Source of the DNA: Candidatus Oxydemutatoraceae bacterium
Lineage (GTDB): Bacteria; Pseudomonadota; Gammaproteobacteria; Poriferisulfidales; Oxydemutatoraceae
NCBI GenBank assembly: GCA_965219575.1
Contig: OZ244779.1
Coordinates: forward strand, 876,769-940,768
DNA length: 64,000 bases
Direction: 5' to 3'
The position numbers and the translations under genes are program-made. The notes below the pieces were generated by a model. It was not told the DNA's origin. It searched no databases and saw only the letters and a list, made by a program, of their open reading frames with translations. Below, piece by piece: positions 47,101-56,100 of this stretch. How positions within the stretch are numbered: position 1 is the first letter of the stretch; each line of letters begins with the position of its first letter.

Positions 47101-50100
47101 GACGCTTATATCAAGGGTATCGTCGGTATTGGCATCGCCTAGCGTCAGTCTCAATTCGGTATTCGTGCCTTCCAACAGACTGACCGGTTGTTCGGGAATA
47201 TCGCTTAGCGTCGGCGGTGCGTTGACACGCACCGACAAAACCGCACTGTGGCTTAGCCTTCTGCTGTCCTCTGCGGTAAAGGTAATCGTTGCCACACCAC
47301 CTTGTTCGGCACTTAACACGAAGCGTACACTCGTATCGGTTGTTATATCGGCAACTTGTATCGGCATCACCGACACAATGGTTCGGCTCGACGACATAGC
47401 CGTCAATGTGACGCGATCACCGTTAACATAATTACTATCTGCGACCGAGACGACGATATGCGCCGTGCTATTGAGCGGTAGCGTTTGCGCTGTTGCAGGT
47501 GTCAGTGTAATCGCCGGGTCGGTGTTCGCTTCTACCTGCACCGCAAATTGTGCCGAGACCTGCGAGTTTGTCGCACCTCTGCCGTCGTTGACCGTCACCG
47601 TAATTGTCGTATTGCCGGCACCGACCCCGACAATCTCAAGCGTGCGAATGTCACCGGTGGTTGCGATAATCGTTGCATTTGCAATCATGCTGTCGTCGGT
47701 GTCGATGCTTATATCGAGGGTATCGTCGGCATTGGCATCGGCTAGCGTCAATTCCAATTCGGTATTCATACCTTCCAACAGCCTGAGCGGTTGCTCGGGA
47801 ATACCGCTCAGCGTCGGCGGTGCGTTGACACGCACCGACAGGTCGGCACTGTGGCTTAGCCCGTTGTTGTCCTCTGCGGTAAAGGTAATCGTTGCTACAC
47901 CACCTTGCTCGGCATTCAGCACGAAGCGTATACTCGTATCGGTCGTTATATTGTCAACTTGTATCGGCATCACCGACACGATGGTTCGGCTCGACGACAT
48001 GGCCGTTAATGTGACGCGATCACCGTTAACATAATTACTATCCGCGACCGAGACGACGATATGTGCCATGCTATTGAGCGGTAGCGTCCGTGCGGTTGAT
48101 GGTATCAGTGTAATCGTCGGGTCGGTGTTCGCTTCCACCTGCACCCACAAAACCGCACTGTGGCTTAGCCCTCTGCTGTCCTCTGCGGTAAAGGTAATCG
48201 TTGCCACACCACTTTGTTCGGCATTCAGTACGAAGCGTATACTCGTATCGGTTGTTATATCGGCAACTTGCATCGGCATCACCGATACAATGGTTCGGTT
48301 CGACGGCATTGCCGTCAATGTGACACGATCACCTCTACTATAATTACTATCCGCGACCGAGACGACGATATGCGCCGTGCTATTGAGCAGTAGCGTCTGC
48401 ACTGTTGAGGGTGTCAGTGTAATCGCCGGGTCGGTGTTTTCTGAGATTGGCACCAACCGCTGACCGGGCAATAAGCTACCACAACGCGGCAACGGTGTTA
48501 GCACATCGGCATCGCAGGCATCAACACCGGCAACCTCGTTATACAGCAATGCCGGATATTGCTCGGTGGTGCCGAAATCCCAATCGTCGGTACTCCATTG
48601 GTAATAAACATCGTTTGCCACTACCCCCGGTGCAGTCGGCATCTGCAACTGGGCGGTAGTCCGACCGGTGCCGCCTCCCGGAGAAGCCGTTTGCTCACTC
48701 GTATCGGTATCCCAGTAGCTAGCGGTTACCGGTGGGTTGGATGAGTGTCTACTGGAGATTAGACCGCCGATATTAACATTACTTGAATCGGCTGTCACTC
48801 TGACGGTCGAATAGGTGTTTGTAACGCTCGGATTCGTGCCCGTCCATAATATAGCGATCAGACCCCCCACGCCTCGGCGATTATTAATGTCATTAGAAGT
48901 TATATGTGCAGAACCCATGGCATAACTATTCCTAATAGTCCCTTGATTCTCAGCCACTAAGCCACTGATTGCCCTTGCGCCGCTAGCCATGACCTCGGCA
49001 TAGCTATTGATAATTCTGCCACGCGCATTGACGCCACAGATACCGGCTGCCCAACTAAAACCTAACACAGTGCCACGCACATAACTGTTGATGATTAACC
49101 CGGAGCTTACGCCGACTAAAAGACCAACAACATTTCCTACCCCCTCGACACGGCTTTCAATCACATGGGCATTGATTAGATTACCCTCGTTGCGACCGAC
49201 CAGCCCACCGGTCCTGAAATTACCTTCTACTTCTATTTCTCGCAAACCGAAATTGCGAATGGTGCCGGTATTGCCGGAAAACATGCCGATCTCGTTAGCA
49301 CTGTCTCTATTGATTTGTAGATTGGAAATACGATAGCCGTTACCTTCGAAAATACCGGCAAAACAATCACTACTCGCATCGCTACAATTATTGTTGGCAA
49401 CAGAACCGATAGGATCCCAACCGCTGTCGTTGGTGGCGGCAAAATTATCAACCGTCCACATCGCACTATGCGTCGCTATATCTACATAGCTCGGGGTGCT
49501 TGCAAAATCCAAATCTCTACGCAGTTCATAACCCATACAGGTCTCGCTACCGCCGACCAACCGGCAACCTCGGGTGATATCGGTTGTCCCATAGCCACTG
49601 CCGTCGGTTTGATGACGCACCGCATCCAAGTCTTCCAAATAGTAAATATCTATCAAACCGTCGTCGTCATCGTCTATATCGATTCTATTTCTATACGGAC
49701 CTAATATGCTAGTAAAACCGTTCCCTTGCACATCGATAGACATCACCTGCACACGATAAAAGGTGCCACCGTTGTCTCGTGTCGGGATGCTAAACATCGC
49801 CGAGGTCTGATCGTCTATCGTCGTCCATTCGGCCTCCCCGGCATTGCGTCGTTGCCAAGTATAACTATCGATCGTGCCGTCGCCGTCGGCATCGCTTTCC
49901 GGCACGACGGCAATGCTTATTGACGATACGGTCACCGTCTCGGTAAAGCTCGGTACACCGTTGTCGACTTTGGCGATGGTCACCGTCCGGGTCGCACTAC
50001 TACTTGTCAAACCATCTCCGACGGTCAGTGTGATTTCCACATCCTTATCGGTAGCATCACGAGATACAAAATCAGTAGGCACATTGAAACTTAAAGTGGC

Positions 50101-53100
50101 AGTGGTTCGGTCTTGTACGGCTAGAAAAGCCGCCGGGTCCGAAGTCCATTGATAACTATAATTATTGGTATCGCCCCCCATAACTGCTGCACTTAGACTA
50201 ATGGCATCCCCTTCGGATACCCTGTCGGGAGCAATTATCTCTTCTAGTACGACCCGATCTACAGTGTTAGTGACAATGATGCTATAAGTGACCGAACTGG
50301 TGTCTCCGGGGTCGGTTCCGACGACGATTTCTAGGGTCAATGTGTTCTCCGGAAAAGGGATCGGCAGGCTCCGCTCGCCACTGCGCCTGTCCATAAAATA
50401 GTCGGTGTTCCGATCCGATGCTCTAAAGACCGAAATCGTTGCAGTGTTGTTTAGAGCATACGGTATTAGTTCAATCTCGGTGCCGAGACTGGGAATTTTT
50501 ATATCGTAGTCAAACACCACCGGTGAAAAAGGCAAGTCGGCGAATACTTCGGCATTATCGCGCTGCACGCCGTCTGTTACAAAAAACAAAATACTCAAAC
50601 CTTTATCGCTACCGGTTTGACCCGATAACACCGCACCGCAAGGCGGCAGTGGCGTGTCGGGGTTCACATCGCAGGCCGGGTTGTCGCTGTCGTCGCCTCC
50701 GGCATAGCGCAATGCAGCATAAGTCCGAGAGGTGCCGAAATCCCAATCGTCGCTACTCCAGTTGGCATAGATGCTCATTACAGCATTTTGATTGGTCGGC
50801 ATCTGCAACTGGGCGGTAGTCAGACCGCTGCCACCGACACTTCCCATTCTTCCGCTCGTCACGATGTCCCAGTAGCTATCACGCACGGTTATATTCCCTG
50901 ATCCGATCAAACCCCCGCCATTGGTATTTCTGACCTCGGCGGTGGAATAACTGTTGCTAACCATAGAAGATATGCCGGATGACGCACCGATAAGACCCCC
51001 TGTGGCGCTTTGATTAGCCAAATTAGCAGCACTCCCTATCGCATAACTATTGATGACTTGCGAAGATCCTTTACTGAATCCTACTAGACTCCCTATAAAA
51101 GTGGCTAAGCCCGAAACATCGGTATTGGCATAACTATTGATAATTGTGCCGCTGTTTTCGCCAATGAAGCCACCAACATTAAAATCACCCGATACAGTAC
51201 CTTGCGCATAACTGTTGATAATTAACCCGCTGTTGAGACTAGCTAAAAGACCTGCAAAGTTATTCCTCCCTGTAATCAAACTATCTCCATCCACATAGAC
51301 ATTCATGAGCCTACCTTCATTCCTACCCACTAGGCCGCCAACTCTAGAATTACCTTCTACTCGTATTTCCGACAACCTGAAATTACCAATGGTACCGGTA
51401 TTGCCGGCAAACATAGCGATATCGTTATGAGCGTTTCTATTGATTTGTAGATTGGAAATGCTATAGCCGTTGCCTTCGAAAACACCGGCAAAACAATCAC
51501 TACTCGCATCGCTACAACTGTTGTTGGCAACAGAACCGATAGGATCCCAACCGCTGTCGTTGGTGGCGGCAAAATTATCAACCGTCCACATCGCACTATG
51601 CGTCGCTGTATCTACATAGCTCGGGGTGCTTGCAAAATCCAAATCTCTACGCAGTTCATAACCCATACAGGTCTCGCTACCGCCGACCGATGGGCAACCT
51701 CGGGTGATATCGGTTATCCCATAGCCACTGCCGTCGGTTTGATGACGCACCGCATCCAAGTCTTCCAAATAGTAAATATCTATCAAACCGTCGTCGTCAT
51801 CGTCTATATCGATTCTATTTCTATACGGACCTAATATGCTAGTAAAACCGTTCCCTTGCACATCGGTAGACATCACCTGCACACGATACAGGGTGCCACC
51901 GTTGTCTCGTGTCGGGATGCTAAACATTGCCGATGTCTGACCGCCTATCGTCGTCCATTCGGCCTCCCCGGCACTGCGTCGTTGCCAAGTATAACTATCG
52001 ATCGTGCCGTCGCCGTCGGCATCGCTTCCCGGCACGACGGCAATGCTTATTGACGATACGGTCACCGTCTCGGTAAAGCTCGGTACACCGTTGTCGACTT
52101 TGGCGATGTTCACCGTCCGGGTCGCACTACTACTTGTCAGACCATCTCCGACGGTCAGTGTGATTTCCACATCCTTATCGGTAGCATCACGAGATACAAA
52201 ATCAGTAGGCACATTGAAACTTAAAGTGGCAGTGGTTCGGTCTTGTACGGCTAGAAAAGCCGCCGGGTCCGAGGTCCATTGATAACTATAATTATTGGTA
52301 TCGCCCCCCATAACTGCTGCACTTAGACTAATGGCATCCCCTTCGGACACCTTGTCGGGAGCAATTATCTCTTCTAGTACGACCCGATCTACAGTGTTAG
52401 TGACAATGATGCTATAAGTGACCGAACTGGTGTCTTTGGGGTCGGTCCCGACGACGATTTCTAGGGTCAATGTGTTCTCCGGAAAAGGGATCGGCAGGCT
52501 CCGCTCGCCACTGCGCTTGTCCATAAAATAGTCGGTGTTCCGATCCGATGCTCTAAAGACCGAAATCGTTGCAGTGTTGTTTAGAGCATACGGTATTAGT
52601 TCAATCTCGGTGCCGAGACTGGGAATTTTTATATCGTAGTCAAACACCACCGGTGAAAAAGGCAAGTCGGCGAATACTTCGGCATTATCGCGCTGCACGC
52701 CGTCTGTTACAAAAAACAAAATACTCAAACCTTTATCGCTACCGGTTTGACCCGATAACACCGCACCGCAAGGCGGCAGTGGCGTGTCGGGGTTCACATC
52801 GCAGGCCGGGTTGTCGCTGTCGTCGCCTCCGGCATAGCGCAATGCAGCATAAGTCCGAGAGGTGCCGAAATCCCAATCGTCGCTACTCCAGTTGGCATAG
52901 ATGCTCATTACAGCATTTTGATTGGTCGGCATCTGCAACTGGGCGGTAGTCAGACCGCTGCCACCGACACTTCTCATTATTCCGCTCGTCACGATGTCCC
53001 AGTAGCTATCACGCACGGTTATATTCCCTGAGCCGATCAACCCCCCGCCATTGGTATTTCTGACCTCGGCGGTGGAATAACTGTTGCTAACCATAGAAGA

Positions 53101-56100
53101 TATGCCGGATGACGCACCAATAAGACCCCCTGTGGCGCTTTGATTAGCCAAATTAGCAGCACTCCCTGTCGCATAACTATTGATGACTTGCGAAGATCCT
53201 TTACTGAATCCTACTAGACTCCCTATAAAAGTGCCTAAGCCCGAAACATCGGTATTGGCATAGCTATTGATAATTGTGCCGCTGTTTTCGCCAATGAAGC
53301 CACCAACATTAAAATCACCCGATACAGTACCTTGCGCATAACTGTTGATAATTAACCCGCTGTTGAGACTAGCTAAAAGACCTGCAAAGTTATTCCTCCC
53401 TGTAATCAAACTATCTCCATCCACATAGACATTCATGAGCCTACCTTCATTCCTACTCACTAGGCCGCCAACTCTAGAATTACCTTCTACTCGTATTTCC
53501 GACAACCTGAAATTACCAATGGTACCGGTATTGCCGACAAACATAGCGATATCGTTAGCACTGTCTCTATTGATTTGCAAATTGGAAAGGCTATAGCCGT
53601 TGCCTTCGAAAACACCGGTAAAACAATCACTACTCGTATTGCTACAGTCATTGTTGGCAACAGAACCGATAGGATCCCAACCGCTGTCGTTGGTGGCGGC
53701 AAAATTATCAACCGTCCACATCGCACTATGCGTCGCTGTATCTACATAGCTCGGGGTGCTTGCAAAATCCAAATCTCTACGCAGTTCATAACCCATACAG
53801 GTCTCGCTACCGCCGACCGATGGGCAACCTCGGGTGATATCGGTTATCCCATAGCCACTGCCGTCGGTTTGATGACGCACCGCATCTAAGTCTTCCAAAT
53901 AGTAAATATCTATCAAACCGTCATCGTCATCGTCTATATCGGTTCTATTTCTATACGGACCTAATATGCTAGTAAAACCGTTCCCTTGCACATCGGTAGA
54001 CATCACCTGCACACGATACAGGGTGTCACCGTTATCTTCCGGCGGGATGCTAAACATTGCCGATGTCTGACCGCCTATCGTCGTCCATTCGGCCTCCCCG
54101 GCACTGCGTCGTTGCCAAGTATAACTATCGATCGTGCCGTCGCCGTCGGCATCGCTTTCCGGCACGACGGCAATGCTTATTGACGATACGGTCACCGTCT
54201 CGGTAAAGCTCGGTACACCGTTGTCGACTTTGGCGATGGTCACCGTCCGGGTCGCACTACTACTTGTCAAACCATCTCCGACAGCCAGTGTGATTTTCAC
54301 ATCCTGATCGGTAGCATCACGAGATACAAAATCAGTAGGCACATTGAAACTTAAAGTAGCAGTGGTTCGGTCTTGTACGGCTAGAAAAGCCGCCGGGTCC
54401 GAGGTCCATTGATAACTATAATTATTGGTATCGCCCCCCATAACTGCTGCACTTAGACTAATGGCATCCCCTTCGGACACCTTGTCGGGAGCAATTATCT
54501 CTTCTAGTACGACCCGATCTACAGTGTTAGTGACAATGATGCTATAAGTGACCGAACTGGTGTCTTTGGGGTCGGTCCCGACGACGATTTCTAGGGTCAA
54601 TGTGTTCTCCGGAAAAGGGATCGGCAGGCTCCGCTCGCCACTGCGCTTGTCCATAAAATAGTCGGTGTTCCGATCCGATGCTCTAAAGACCGAAATCGTT
54701 GCAGTGTTGTTTAGAGCATACGGTATTAGTTCAATCTCGGTGCCGAGACTGGGAATTTTTATATCGTAGTCAAACACCACCGGTGAAAAAGGCAAGTCGG
54801 CGAATACTTCGGCATTATCGCGCTGCACGCCGTCTGTTACAAAAAACAAAATACTCAAACCTTTATCGCTACCGGTTTGACCCGATAACACCGCACCGCA
54901 AGGCGGCAGTGGCGTGTCGGGGTTCACATCGCAGGCCGGGTTGTCGCTGTCGTCGCCTCCGGCATAGCGCAATGCAGCATAAGTCCGAGAGGTGCCGAAA
55001 TCCCAATCGTCGCTACTCCAGTTGGCATAGATGCTCATTACAGCATTTTGATTGGTCGGCATCTGCAACTGGGCGGTAGTCAGACCGCTGCCACCGACAC
55101 TTCCCATTCTTCCGCTCGTCACGATGTCCCAGTAGCTATCACGCACGGTTATATTCCCTGATCCGATCAAACCCCCGCCATTGGTATTTCTGACCTCGGC
55201 GGTGGAATAACTGTTGCTAACCATAGAAGATATGCCGGATGACGCACCGATAAGACCCCCTGTGGCGCTTTGATTAGCCAAATTAGCAGCACTCCCTATC
55301 GCATAACTATTGATGACTTGCGAAGATCCTTTACTGAATCCTACTAGACTCCCTATAAAAGTGCCTAAGCCCGAAACATCGGTATTGGCATAACTATTGA
55401 TAATTGTGCCGCTGTTTTCGCCAATGAAGCCACCAACATTAAAATCACCTGATACAGTACCTTGCGCATAACTGTTGATAATTAACCCGCTGTTGAGACT
55501 AGCTAAAAGACCTGCAAAGTTATTCCTCCCTGTAATCAAACTATCTCCATCCACATAGACATTCATGAGCCTACCTTCATTCCTACCCACTAGGCCGCCA
55601 ACTCTAGAATTACCTTCTACTCGTATTTCCGACAACCTGAAATTACCAATGGTACCGGTATTGCCGGCAAACATAGCGATATCGTTAGCACTGTCTCTAT
55701 TGATTTGCAGATTGGAAATACTATAGCCGTTGCCTTCGAAAACACCGGTAAAACAATCACTACTCGTATTGCTACAGTCATTGTTGGCAACAGAACCGAT
55801 AGGCGACCAGCCTGATTTCGCAGTAGCCCTAAAATCATCGTCGCTAAGCACCCAATCGTCGTTGACCACACCCGAGATATAACTTTGCGTCATCGTAAAG
55901 CCTAAATCCCTAACTAACTCATAACCGTTGCAGCCGGTGTTAGGGCAACCGCTAGTGATTTTGGTCGCACTAGTGCTTGGTCTATAACCGCTGCCATCCA
56001 ACTGGTAGCGGATCGCATTCAAGTCCTCCAGATAATAAACATCTATCAAGCGGTCGTCGTCGCTGTCCACATCTATAGGAAACGGACCTACCTGATAGGT

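Noticed and set aside
34189-48336. RGD motifs at 34189, 42607 and 48328 as integrin ligands
   Set aside because: A few RGDs are expected by chance in 12,700 aa, and these are copies of one slot allele. There is no supporting evidence.
20987-48343. Long plus-strand ORFs (up to 988 aa) within the giant gene
   Set aside because: They are antisense shadows of a repetitive frame. They break wherever the minus-strand slot allele creates a stop, and they show no independent protein features.
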